From Octopus vulgaris (Eukaryota): 64,000 bases of DNA. The first letter of the stretch is position 1. Each line of letters begins with the position of its first letter. Location of the stretch: positions 86,490,001-86,554,000 of the forward strand of contig OX597822.1 in assembly GCA_951406725.2 (NCBI GenBank), in the 5' to 3' direction. The position numbers and the translations under genes were made by a program. Shown piece after piece: positions 26,533 through 40,200 of the stretch. A model generated the notes under the pieces. That model was not told where the DNA came from. It ran no database searches and saw only the letters and a list, made by a program, of their open reading frames with translations.

Positions 26533-29500
26533 TACGTCGAATCATTCATTTTGTCAATATGTCATGCATTAGCTTTGAACTATGCCCAAGAGAAATAAAC
26601 AACACTTTGATCCCGGAACGATTACTTGTCATTTGTTTTGAATATTTTGAATGCTGGCTATGTCTCTTCCATTCATAAGTTGTTAATTTTTAGCCTTTTA
26701 ACTTGTTATAAGCATTTCAAGTGAATTAAGCTATGAAATTCTTACATACTCTTGATTTCCTGTAAGTTGAACTGCCTCATGGTTCCAGCAGACAGAATGG
26801 AAAAATCGTTGCCCCAGAAGATGGCAAAGGGGATGCCCTGGAACAGTCACTGTGACTCATGTGGATAGCCATCTCCACCCTAATAGCAGTAAGCAGGGGT
26901 ATATATAAAATCCTTTTTGCTTCCACTTTTCTTATTTACATCAATTGAACAGATCCTCTCCAACACATTCCTTTATGATCGTTCAAGGTTCAGCAGTCCT
27001 AGATATCAGCTTTTATTCACCACTTCTGCTCATGTATCGGTATACACATATTTATGAAGAGCAATGTATTATATTTATATAACACCGAATGGGGCAGGCA
27101 GTTAGATTAATGTACCTGGAACAATATAACACCTTTTTCTCTATTTTGGTTATATTTCTGGACATTAGTTAGAAATTTACAATTCTCTGAACAAATAATT
27201 CCATTTTGTATCATAACATCTCAATATAAGAATCCCTATTAAATCTATTTGAATTAATCAAATTTCACCAGTTTTCTCTATCTCTGTTTATTCACAGATT
27301 TTGTATACTTACAACCTAACCTAAAAATGAAACCATTTACAAATCTATAGCAAGAACTCACTGCCAGAATCTTAATAGGAAACGATAATTCCTAAGAAAA
27401 ATGAGACAATCATTTAGGTGAAGCTGCTATTATTTCTTGTGGGAGATAATTAAATTATATCAAATGTTTAATTTATTTTGTCATTGTGAAATTAGTTGCA
27501 TGGTTCATTGTAACCCTATCTGAATACTTTACAAGCACATCTGTACAAGTGTCAGTAAGTCATTCAAATGCTTCATTTAAATAATTCTCTTTAAAGATTA
27601 TTAACTCATTCTGAGGCCCTATTTCCATTCGGAATAAAACTGGTCAAACTGATAAGAAATGTTGGATGATTGCCATGTTAAAGACAACAGTTTAAGGAAA
27701 GCCATCACCAACTCTGTGCAGCATCTATGGCTTCAAGTTTTAACTTTCAATTGTTGAGTTTGCTTAAATCTAATGCTGTACCCTAGGGGAGATAAAATAG
27801 ACCCCTGTAAGCAGTGGGAACACTGAAAATGAATGAGTGTTTTGTTAGCATGCAATGATGAGTTGAAGCAATTTGGGGAGACTAGGAACTCATGCCAGTT
27901 TACTCGTTCTATAAAATTTTGTAAATGTTAGAACTACAAGATGACTGAGAGTTTTCTGTGAGTTGACATTAATCCTTGCTACTAGCTCTTACCTCCCTAC
28001 CTTCCATAGCCTGTAAATCTATATATTCTGTAATGTATTCATTTGTTTACGGAGGGAGAAAATATCAATAAATATGAATTCTCCGTACTGGATTTCATTT
28101 ATCTGTGATATCTGCTGATTGTCACCAAAATATTCACTCGAAGCTGACATCATCATCATCACTATTTAATGCCTGTTTTCCATGCTGGTATGGGTTGGAC
28201 AGTTTGACAGTAACTGGCCAGCTGGAGAGCTGCACCAGGCTCCAATTGTCTGATTTGGCATAGTTTCTACAGCTAGACGCCCTTCCTAATGCCAGCCACT
28301 TTAGAGAGTGGCAATGGGTGCTTTCTACATAGCACCAGCAGGGGTGCTTTTTAAACTAATCTAAATTCAGACCTGATACACTCATAATACTTCTGTTGGG
28401 ACTGTAAGAAGTTTCATTAGAGAATTTGGAGTGGATAGAGGAATAACTTTGTTGTTAGTATTTGTCATTCACTCACTTCTGTGATATAAATTATAAATCT
28501 ATTTCTTCAACTTTTCTTTCCATAACTTTACTTCTTCAGATTTTGTTAATAAAATATGGCTACTATATTAGATATACAGCTATACGATCCATACAGGTAT
28601 CTGTTTTTATGCAAAAGCATAATTAAATGCATGTTTAAACATAGGCTTTTCTTTCTTTTTGTTTTCTTAAAAATTACAAATTGATTAAAATAAATTATTT
28701 TTTTTAAAAGCTCAAAAGAATACAAGGAAAAGAAAACACTCCTTTCAAAGAAAATTTTCCCAAAAAATCTTGAACCAAAATAAGAATTGAATTCAATTTC
28801 CTATCTTTCATTTTGCGCACACACACACACACACACTTATTCATTTTTTGGCAGCTATTTTTTGATAATTTCTGAGATGTTTTTTTTCTAAATTTTATCA
28901 TTTCTTAAATTTTTACATTTTGCATGGTGCCATGATTGTATTTCATGATAATAAAGATTACATTTTATTCTCTGTTTTTGAAAGTTTATTCACTAAAACT
29001 GATTTTGCGATTAGAGACATAATTTGATCAACCTCCCTCTCTCGCTCCATCCTTTGGTCATTCCTGGTGTGGATAATCAACACAGGGAAAGTTCCTCTCC
29101 AAAGTAGAAGGTTTCCTGTAGAAGACCAGCAGTTGCACCTGCATACAAGTCTTTCCACATCACCAATGATGTTCAAGAGAGAAGCCAGGATGATGCAGTT
29201 CAGTGCCAGTCTCACTGCAAATGCTGACATCAGAAAGAATCAGAATCAATACAAGACATCCCACCCAATGTTCCAACAGTTCTACATATTCACTCCTCTG
29301 GGATTGCCTCTTATTTTGTTGACCCTTGAAAACATGAAAGGCAAAGTCAACACCAGCAAGATTTGAACTCAGATTGCAGATGATTAGAAGTATCATGAGG
29401 TATTATTATATCCAATGGTTCAATGGCATTGCCAACTCACCATCTTGACATCTAGCAAAGGGAAAGAACATAATGATTCCAAGCAAACTGGTCATGGCTT

Positions 29501-30823
29501 CCATCAGCTAGAATAATACAATAAAGTGTGTGATTTTAGATAAGTTTGAAAGATGGGGGCAGAGAGATCTGAGTGAATGGTTTTTTTTGAAAGAAATCTT
29601 AACAACTAAAAGATTATTTTCCTCTTTCTCGGAAGAAGAGACACACCCCAAAACATCAGATTTAGGGAAGAGATTAAATTAGATATAATAATGGGCAAGA
29701 GAAGCTGATGTATTGTGTCATGTTATTTGAGTTCAAATATCATGAAGACATGTTCTAAAGTAAAGTTAGGAAGTGCATATTGGTAATACAATAAATGTTT
29801 ACATTTTAAACTTAGTGAAACTAGCAGCTATATATATATATATTTATATATATAACAGAGAAAATAAAATGACAAAAAACTGGAAGAATTGGTTGGGAAT
29901 GATCATAAAAGGAATTGTTAGAAAATCCATAAAATATTATCTGACTAAGATGGTAGACAAATTTTAAGGTGGTGCTTCAGCATGGATGCAGTCCAATGGC
30001 TAAAACCATTAAAAGAATGTATTGTGGGCTGCAATTTGCCTCTTGAAAAATTTCCAGGTTGACAAAATGAAACCAAGAAATCCAAGAGGACAATATTGAG
30101 GAGAAGTTCTGTTATTTTAGCTTCAATATTTTGTAGATATTTAGGTGAGTATGTAATGATCAGGAGAGTAGGACCCAGGGTGGGTGTGGGTAAAGAATGG
30201 AGTTGAACTTGAAATAGAGTGAACTGAGTTTGTTTTTTTTTCTTGTGTCATATAAAAAACATTCAGTCCACTCTGCTGGATGGCTGGTGTTAGGAAGGGC
30301 ATCCAGCTGTAAAAACCCTGCCAAAACAGATGCAAAAGTCTGGTACAGGTTCCTGTCAAACCATGCAACTCATGCCAGCATACAAGGTGGATGTTAAATG
30401 ATGATGATGATAATAACAAAATGGTTGGATAATGAAGAAATGCAGAACAAAGTGTTGTTGATGTTCTTGGTGGTGGTGGTGGTGGTGGTGGTGAAGATGA
30501 TGATGAAGCTGTACTTGAAACCATTCCAGCATGAAATAAGTAAAAAAGGTGATGGTTCTATTGTTAACCCTAGGTCAGACCTGAAAGAGCAGCCCTAAGA
30601 CCAAAGACCATTCCATCTATGACCACACAATATATTCATCAGGAGTGTTGTAATGAAGACATTAACAAATGTCTCCCTTTCTAACTCAATGGAAGCAAGT
30701 TGAGAAAATAAGATGTTCATTTGTTACAGGGAAGCTTCTCCAGTTGAGAAACTGAATTCACTGAAAATTAAAAACACACATCTCACTTTAACTATGTTAT
30801 GTCTATTTACAATGGTATCTCTT

Positions 30824-31960
30824 CTCTATATATATAAAAGGCAGTTTGTCTGTCTGTGTGTCTGTCAGGTTGTACCCTCACCCTGACCACGGCTTTCAAC
30901 CGATTTTGATGAAACTTGACACACACATGTCATAATTCAAAACTAACGCAGCGAAAATTTTGAAGTTTCTCCAGTTCTGAAAAGAATCTATAAATTCGAC
31001 ATGGGGTCGAGAATCTAAGCTTATCACATGCAACACATTTTCTGTTGTAGTTTTCGCAACTTGCAATCGATTTTCACCAAACTCATGGTAAAGCTTAATG
31101 TTACCCTAAGGAACTTAATTCTGACATTAGTTTTCCATGCAATACCTTACCATCAGAAAAAATTGATAAAATCATGCCATTTTGGGAAATTGCATTCAAA
31201 TTCAAGATGACATATTTTCAACAATATCTTTAATAAATTGGCAGGAATTTTTTTTGAAATTCCCAGCGAGCATCATGTCTGCTCCAAGGAGCTATATGGC
31301 CCTTTTGATTCCAATAGGATACGTTATTACTGGAAAAAATCGGTTAATTACATCATATGTAGCACACATAGCAAACCGATTTTTCTGCGATAAATTTTGA
31401 AAGTTCACATAGATTTTCCCTACACCGATGTTGGACATCAAATTTGCATTAAATGTCAAACTAACGACCTTTTGTCAATGCAGTTAACAAGTATTGGGAG
31501 AAATCGACAAAACCATATCACTTTCAGAAAGGACTAGATCGGGATTAGTCGTTACCTACTAGAGACTCCCGAGCCCACTTTCGCTAGACTTAAGTTAGAA
31601 TTAGGTAGGGCTTAGCTGTGGTCCGAACCTAACTTGGGTTCAGGGGGGGTGTCAAAAGGGCTGGCATGTGCAACCTTATCACCTCTGCCTGTCAAACTCC
31701 CAACACATGCGTTCCCATTGTGACACTGATCCCACAGAACTGGGTTGGGTGTGCTAAACAAAACCAGAAAATGCACTTTGACTGTCATAGATTTTCTTCA
31801 TGCATGCAAGGGAACGGTGCCTTGAATGCTTTAATGCCTTTTAGGCTTCATTTTACAAAATAACGGTTCAATGAGTACAAAAAAGGGTAAAAAGGTAAAG
31901 GGCATTGCTTATTGACAAAGTTTCTTACATACCCGGGCAACGCCGGGCTATGCTGCTAGT
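30824..31960 (+). mobile_element. Non-autonomous Helitron
   Basis: Starts TC(tatatata). 3' hairpin CCCGG-gcaacg-CCGGG then CTAG|T. Both ends are shared with 56047-56475. Confidence 0.8.
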
Positions 31961-32099
31961 CTATCATAGTTAGGAAAACTGTACAATATCTTAGCTATTC
32001 TACTATAGAGTGCTTGTAACAAAAAGGTTATAGACTGCTAGTCCAGTTGCTGGTTACTCAGCATCCATATAATAATCATCCTTTATAAATAATTTGAAA

Positions 32100-32960
32100 A
32101 ATAACAGGTACTCTTCAAAATGTCTGCATTTCCTGGATATATCTGATCTAATGCATAAAAAAGGTCTTGTTTCCAAGATTATCTGTTGCACACAGTACAC
32201 ACCTTTTTGCTTCCTATTTGGTTTGGAAAAGCCCGGATTTTACCAGGCTCTTCCGTGAAATAATATAGTTGAAAGCTGCTTCTTTTAATCTCAAGATGTA
32301 GTCAACCAATTTTGTAGTGTTCTTTTTATCTTTATTTTCAAAAGGGATACAGGATTATAAAATTATGTTTAGAGTTTTCTTCTCCCATGTCTTTGTAATA
32401 TCTATGTGTTTCTAGTAGGTTGGTTCCTACAGATGTGATCTCTGCTTCATAAATAATTGCTTCCACATTTCAGGATGAGTCAAGAGGGCAAATATTAGGG
32501 TCCCTGCAAGAATAATGCAACAAAAGGCATTCATGGCCACATATTTGAGAAAGAAAGGACATTATTAATGCCTTAAGCATTGTTGACCTTAAAGTACCGT
32601 AACCACTTACAATACTAAAAACTATAGCCACTAACAATACTACTGTGGACTTGTTTGAAGTTAAATTACACTTAACTAGTTTACGTAAACTTTTCAGGAA
32701 GCTAATTAGAAAATATTAACATACATTAACATAATAACAGACCATCTGACTTGTATAATGTTTAAGAACAATATCTAAACATCAGCAGTAGTATGAAGAG
32801 GAGGAGGATCTTTTCTCAAACAAAGAAATATTTGAGAATGAAGCCATCTACTACAATAGAGATTTACTATTCCACGGATTCAAAATGAAAATTACCAACA
32901 AATACATGAACTAAAAGGTGCCATAGTAATTTTATCTATATTTAAAGGCTCTGTATCAGT
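32100..32960 (-). mobile_element. Degraded PLE fragment (GIY-YIG domain, same general type as the 895-aa element)
   Basis: Minus strand: SCRDPNICPLDSS*NVEAIIYEAEI...KNTTKLVDYILRLKEAAFNY...KRCVLC. Confidence 0.7.
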
Positions 32961-33174
32961 CTAAGTGATGAAGTGTGTGTGTGTGTCTGTATGAATTACA
33001 GGGTGGCAGTGCTAAGTAGTGATGTTTATAGATGCAAAGTTATTACCAGCAGACATCTGCTTGGGGCATATTTAAACCCTTAAGAAAACAATTCCCCATC
33101 ACAACACAATACAGGGAATGGCTTACTTTCAGGTTCAAATCTGTCCCAAGCAAATTTCAACTGGTAATAACCTT

Positions 33175-33560
33175 GGATCTATGTTTATTTGTATGTTGTA
33201 TGTAGACATGTAAATAGATATAGCTATGTGCTTGTTCAAATATAAGTGAATATGTGTATGTGCATATATATGTCTACGCATGTATATGTATGCATGAGTA
33301 TGTGTGCATATAAAAATATATTTGCATGTATATGTATGCATGTCAGTGTGAATACATAAGTATAAGCGTATGTAAATGTGTGTATATAGGAATATACATT
33401 TTGTGCATAAAGGCAAATGTGTGTGTGTATATATATGTATGTATGTGCGTGTATGCATATGTGTGTGTATATCAATATATATGTATGTGTATGTGTTTAT
33501 ATGTATAAATGTGTATCCATATATCCATAATAATGTATGCATGAACACTTATATATTGCA
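33175..33560. repeat. Degenerate (TG/TA) low-complexity tract
   Basis: Direct reading; yields spurious His/Tyr/Ile ORFs. Confidence 0.85.
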
Positions 33561-33802
33561 TGTTCTAACTCTGTAACTCTTTTCTGTATTACTAGATATG
33601 TTTTTCTCCCCTTTAACTATCTTTATTACTCCTCATTACTAACTCTATACAAATGCTTCATCTAAATGCAAATTTTCCATTATTTGATTTTCTGTCAGAA
33701 GAATTTCTAATAAGGGGCTATCTTACAAGTTTTCTACAACAATTTTGAACTCCTATGTTACAATATATCTATATCTATCTCTCTCTCTATATATATATAT
33801 TG

Positions 33803-33835
<33 letters not shown>

Positions 33836-33997
33836 GCTATATATCTCTGTTTCTATTGAGTACCGTACCCCAATCCTTTCCACTCCTATCTTCTACAAAC
33901 CCACTGATTCCCACCCCTACCAAGACTTTTTATCCTACCCATGCTAAGCACTCCATCCCTAACTCCCAGTTCCTTCATCTCTAGCACCTCTACAGCA

Positions 33998-34050
<53 letters not shown>

Positions 34051-34055
<5 letters not shown>

Positions 34056-35210
34056 CAATGAACACAAAATGAAGACAACTCAGGAGAGGAAAATTTAACA
34101 ATTAAAAAGAAGCAAAAGAGTTTTGATGCTTCAGACACTAGTCCTTCATCAGCAAAATAAAGAATGAGAATGGGTGGTTGGAAAAATTGAGGCCAGGTAG
34201 GAATGCAGCTGTATGGGAAGGGTATCTGTGTATAGGGTTGGACATAGAGTGAAGTGTGTGTGGTTTTATAGGCTGGGTGTGCAAGTATGGGAGTATATTG
34301 GTATAGAATTGTGTGGAAGAAAGAGCAGGTGAAGTAAGAGTGGTGGGTGAGAAGGGAGGCAAGAAGAATTGCGAAGGAGAGTTGAAGCTGAAAGGTTTGA
34401 AGAGAGAAAATGAGCTCTTGTTCCCTCTGGAGCTAAGTGATGAAGAAGCAAGGGGCAGTGGCTATATCAAAGATTGGGAGGTGTTGGTTGAAACTGTTGG
34501 CAAAGTGGTAATATTAAGAACAAAAGACTCCTTACCATGTCATCTATCTCTGAGGTGCACCATGAACCTATCACCCGGCAGTGGCCAGTTTGTCTGATGT
34601 AGAAAAGATTACAGAGGAAACAATGGAATGCATATATAAGGTTAATAAAAATGCAGTGGAAGGAGTGTCTAATGTGGAAAGTGTGGTGGTTGGATGCAGT
34701 AAAGGAGGTGGCATTAGAAAGGAAAAGAGAGGAGCAAAACAGGGAAGGAGATGGGTTATTGGAGGAGGAGGAAGAAGATACTAGAGGTTGCAGGTGTTTG
34801 AAGGGATGGGTGGACAAAGGAAGAAAGTGGAGGTGACAGAGTTAGACTGAAGGCAGTAGAAGAGGCAAAAGATGGTGCATTGTAGGAGCAGAGTGGTAGG
34901 TAAGTGAGTAGGGGATGTGGTGCTTCGGACTTTAGATGTGAAGTGTATGAGGAGTAAATCAATAACACAGGTGTGGGAGAGAGTTGATAAGGAAGGGAGG
35001 GTACCCTTGATAAATGAAGAGACAGACCTGCGTCTCAGAGTATGGATTACTGCTGTAGAGGTGCTAGAGATGAAGGAACTGGGAGTTAGGGATGGAGTGC
35101 TTAGCATGGGTAGGATAAAAAGTCATGGTAGGGGTGGGAATCAGTGGGTTTGTAGAAGATAGGAGTGGAAAGGATTGGGGTACGTACTCAATAGAAACAG
35201 AGATATAGCT
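34051..35210 (-). mobile_element. 5'-truncated Neptune-like PLE relic with GIY-YIG and decayed hammerhead
   Basis: HTFHIRHSFHCIFINLIYAFHCFLCNLFYIRQTG (NLIY..C..C..YIGQTG), then REQELIFSLQTF. Minus-strand CTGATGA-aggac-tagt-gtct-GAAGCATC at 34121-34157; 3' end abuts (TA)n. Confidence 0.75.
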
Positions 35211-35439
35211 AAAAAAATATTTTATGAATTAATTATAGGGATTCAATAGAACCTAGGCCCACTAACACGTAGGAAACCAGAAATGGCTAGGAACGATAAC
35301 ATAGAGTTCAAGAAGTAAGGTAAACAACAATGGTAAGTATCAGATACTGGCTGAATATTATAGGTATATAGGTACCAAATCCAACTATGGGCTGGTGGTT
35401 CCAGATGTGGAGTAGATATAAGAAAACATAAATGGTATT

Positions 35440-35675
35440 TAAGGCGGCGAGCTGGCAGAAACGTTAGCACGCCGGGTGAAATGCGTAGCCGTATTTCGTC
35501 TGTCGTTACGTTCTGAGTTCAAATTCCGCTGAGGTCCACTTTACCTTTCATCCTTTCGGGGTCGATTAAATAAATACCAGTTACGCACTGGGGTCGGTAT
35601 AATCGACTTAATACCTATGTCCGTCCTTGTTTGTCCCCTCTATGTTTAGCCCCTTGTGGGTAGTAAAGAAATAGG
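35440..35675 (+). mobile_element. Young SINE (Nin-domain-like core)
   Basis: ggcggcgagctggcagaa...gagttcaaattcc...cctttcatcctttcggggtcgat. Near-identical minus-strand copy at 58581-58816. Confidence 0.8.
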
Positions 35676-37299
35676 TATTTAAAATTTACAACAGCCGTTT
35701 CGGCAGCATTTTATTGATATATTCATTGATTACATTATAACATATAACCATCTATCTTTAGGGAAAATTTTAAAGATTTAATATAATACATCAATAAAAT
35801 TCTTTGAAACAGCTGTCATAAAATTTCAGTGCTGCTTGCATTCTCTTTGTGTGTGTGTGTAAAATACAAAATGGGACAAGAACGCAAAACATCTGGACAA
35901 CTAGGTGATACAAAAAGGGGCAACAAAACATCCAGAGATAGATGATACAAAAAAACAAGGATGGGTCATTTGAAGCTTTCTATCCTCAGTCAAGAACTGG
36001 ATCATCCTCGCAATTTTGGCTGATTAATATATATATATATATATATAAATATTATATATCTCGGGAAAAAATAAATATAAAATGCATAAAAGATCAGTCA
36101 ACAGAACTTAATACAAGGGTGTAAATAGTTTTTTCTATTTTTTTTTCATTGCCAACATATTTTAAAAGTGACTTAATGGCCAAGGGTTTCATGCGTTTGT
36201 TAAGAGCTTCTCACAAAACTCTTGTAACATTCAACTGATTAAAAAAAATAAAAGCACAAACACGTACAAATCTTCTGATTCTCTAACAAATAAGTTTTAG
36301 GCAATCTTTTGGTATTCACACAACCTACCCCAACAAACCAAACTACATCTCTTCTCTTCCTCACATTTCCTCTTTCTTGCACTATACTTATCTCTCAGTC
36401 CTGTCCCCACGGGCCCTGCTCACCATATTATTGCTATCCAGTAGTCCTCTACCCCCTCTATATACCCAGGTCTTCACCAATCACTGCATTCTCCACCCCA
36501 ACTCGCTAATCACGCTTCTTTGGCAATGTCCTGCCACTTATATTATGACCTCCATACGTCAAGGGTATGCCCTGGCACTTACCACCATCTGTCCCTTTCT
36601 CTCTTCCTTTACTCTACCATCCCATTTATATTCTGATCCCTGTCCCTTGTGAGTACGCCTCAACACTTCACCATCATCTCTCGCCTTCTCTTGCTCTTCA
36701 TTCAGGCTGAGAAACCATGTCTCCTTTACATTAGCACACCTGTTTCTGTCATTCTCTCTCTCTCTCTCGCCAGGTAACCATGTACCGCCTCTACAGCAAG
36801 ACACCTGTTTCTGTCCCTCTGTCTCACTCTAACCTTTCATTATCTGACACAAGATCACCTCCTCCCTCATCCCGTCCCCTCACCTCCCAAAGGATCTTTG
36901 TCTTGCAAGTTACTTGCTGACCCTGCCAGTGTTGGTGCCACACAAAATGCATCCAGTCTACTGTGCTGTGTGGTTGGTGTTAGGAAGAGCATCCAAACAT
37001 AAAAACCATGCGGGAACAGACACAGAAGTTAAGTACAGTTTCTGCTTGGCCAGTTTCTGTCAAACTACCCAACCCATGAAAAGATGGTGAATGATATTTG
37101 TTTACTAATATCGTAAAACTGACAGATTTCAAATCTGTGAAAATTATTTAAATATTTTTGTTAACACATTTCAGCAATATTAATAAAGAAACCTGTTACA
37201 AATGAAGAAATAGGTGCGAATGAATGGAAAACAGGTTGTATTTATAGCCGCAGCACACAAGGTATTTTCCTTTCCAACTACTAATAATTTATTGGATGC

Positions 37300-40200
37300 T
37301 TCAAAGTTTAGTTTGCAGTTCAGAGACTAGAAACGGTGAGTAAGCAAATTATTTAAAAATACACTAAATAAACAAAATTTATAATTTCTAACTTGGGTAT
37401 AAACCACAAGGTAACGTTGACTTCGAAAAAATGTAAGTAAATAACTTAATCCAGGAAAATAAATGACAGGAACAGTTCAATAAATTAATATAATGTTTCT
37501 TCTCTTTCTTCATAGTTATATTTGAGATATTAAATAAAACGTTATTTATTTACACCTGTACGTAAAAATATTGTATAAATTATCATTGTCAAGTAGTTAA
37601 TTAAATAATTTAAAATATTATTGTATTATTTATAGTAATTAAATGAAGTATATATTTACTTGGCCCAAACTAACTTTTTACCTGTTATTTTTATTTCCGT
37701 TCGCCAACTTGCAACTATAAACTATCATATTTCCCGTTTTCCATTAGTAATACCCGAACATTGTTTTATAGCTCGATTTATGCATAAACTACTTTACATA
37801 CACAAGTTGTAGTTACTGCTGTTAGATAAATAAACCGTGTTTTAAAGTTTTGTGGCCTGACCGTAACTTATTTAGAATTGTTCTTGATCTGAAATCGTGT
37901 GATAAAACTGAAACGATTACATCGTAGAAGAATCAATATAAACTTTAAAAAAAAAATATGAATAAATGTGGTTCCTGAAATAAATGTAAAATAATAATTC
38001 CGTTGTCCATTTACGACTTTGTCAGTCACAGTTCAAGTATGTGAAAAATAAAAGTCACATAACGATGAAATTATTATTTCACGGTAATGTTAGATCAATT
38101 CCTTTATCAAAACAGAAAATATGAATCGTTCGATTAAGTAAACTCTAAACAAGTTACTGGTTGAATAAAAGAAGATAAAACATTGCTATAACATTACTTC
38201 ACTTCCTCGTCCAATGGGAGGGTCACTGCTTCCGTAGCCGAACGGAACAAAATCCTTAAAGTATCGGGCCTTGTCAGTGAATCATTTGCAATATTTGACG
38301 TTTGAGGCGTTTGGAGGGGCTGGGCCACTAACAACGAAGTTATTGTCATCGTTGGCGGCTCACCTTATCGAGGTATCAGGGGAGACTCGTGAGCGTGCTT
38401 AGCTGTTCTTGGCGTCCTACCCTCGCCATCCACCCGTAGTAATGTTGCCGGGGTGTCGGCTTGCTTCAGTAGGTTCCACTGAACCTTGTGGTATGCCACC
38501 AACTGAAGCACTTGGTGCTGAATTTTCTGAAATAATGTTCTGAATGTGTTATAGCTTTTTCATGCATTTAGAAAAGACCATTTGCTTAGCTGATATACCG
38601 GTTGTGGTATAACTACAGATGTGTACCCCCACCCGACTTTGTTGCCTTGCAACTTCCAGGAAAATGGATACTTTTCAACGAAATGTTCAACAAATACCTC
38701 TTGGATGCTGTGGATTCAGAGTATATAGAGGAATTTTCTGAGGGATGGGGAGAGGAGTTTCGGAAAATTTTTCCGTCATAACTTTCAAGGAAACGTGTAT
38801 CTTGTAATGAAATTTGGTTAATATAAGAATTGACTCCCGTTAACGAAAAAAAAACCCCAGCCTGCTAGGTGTTAAAATTGTGTCGAAAACGAATATGAAA
38901 AATAAAATTTGTGCAAACGAACATGGGGCGGGGGAGAGGACTTTCGGAAAATTCACAAGATCCGATTTTCCCCTTTCAGGAAAATAGATATATATTGATG
39001 AAATTTTATAGAGATACAGCACAAATTACGATTACAAAGACATTTCGATTTAAAATTACGATTATAAAGACATAGGTGCTGAGCCAGTGACTCAACTTGT
39101 AGTATTTCGTTATATTACTCCAATGAATGCATCTGTTACATCTCAAGCACAGATTTTTTAAAAATTACTTCAAAAGGTAAAAAACCCGACGTATACGACA
39201 GATATGTAAAATATATGTTGCGTACTTCTTCCTCTGTTCATTCGGATAAGTTGTAGAAATTGTTGCACGCACACACAAACGCAAAAAAAAAAAAAAGTTC
39301 GAATAAAGTTAAAAATTCAAAAATTGGTGGTGGCGGGGTGTTAAAATTTTGAAAACGTGATTTTTTTTTTGCATATTCAGAATCTCCGTCAGCGAAAACC
39401 TAGTAATCCGCTGAGATAAAAAAAAAAGTTTCTGAAAGCTCGGTGTTTTTTTTTTTTTTTTTGAGGGGTGGGGGGGCGAAGAGGCTGTCGTCAAGCTCCA
39501 ACGTTCGGTGGGGACCACGCGTGTGTTACTTCGGTATCATCATTCCATAAAATGTGTTGGGGGTGGGGGTGTCGTGGTCCTCCTGAGGAAGGTGTTGAAA
39601 CTGCAGTTTAGAACAAACCATTTTTTCATTTCAAGACAAACTCAAACCCAAACTGTTTGACAAGACGCTTTTATGATAGACTGTTGTTATACAATAGAAA
39701 GAGAGGCGGAAAATGATACCTTGGTTCCCTTTATACTTGAATTAAAAATATTCTTTTCCACATTTTAAATTACTAAAATTATTGTTTTATATATCCTACT
39801 TTCGAAGTTTCAATTTTGTTATTGACGCAGCTGGTGCTATTAAGTTAGACATGGCCTGGACCAATCTTTGGTCGAAACATATCTAAGTTATGTAACTAAT
39901 ACTTTAGTGTTAATCATTTATAAGCTCTCGCGCCGGCGGGGTTGGGTGCACATGGTTTTCATTGCTCCCGACAGTGGATACTCAAAGAAACAAAGAATGG
40001 AACGGAACTCAACCTGGCTTTTCAACAGAAAAGCCTTTGAAACTCATGATTTTGTAATCACGAGGAGATAATGTCGTCTCCATGAAGATTTACATAATAT
40101 TATATGCCGTAAAACAAATACAAATTGGCAGTGCCTGCAAGAACTTCAGAATTGGTTCCAAACTCTATGATAGGTAGTATCTTATCGAGAACCTTCATGT

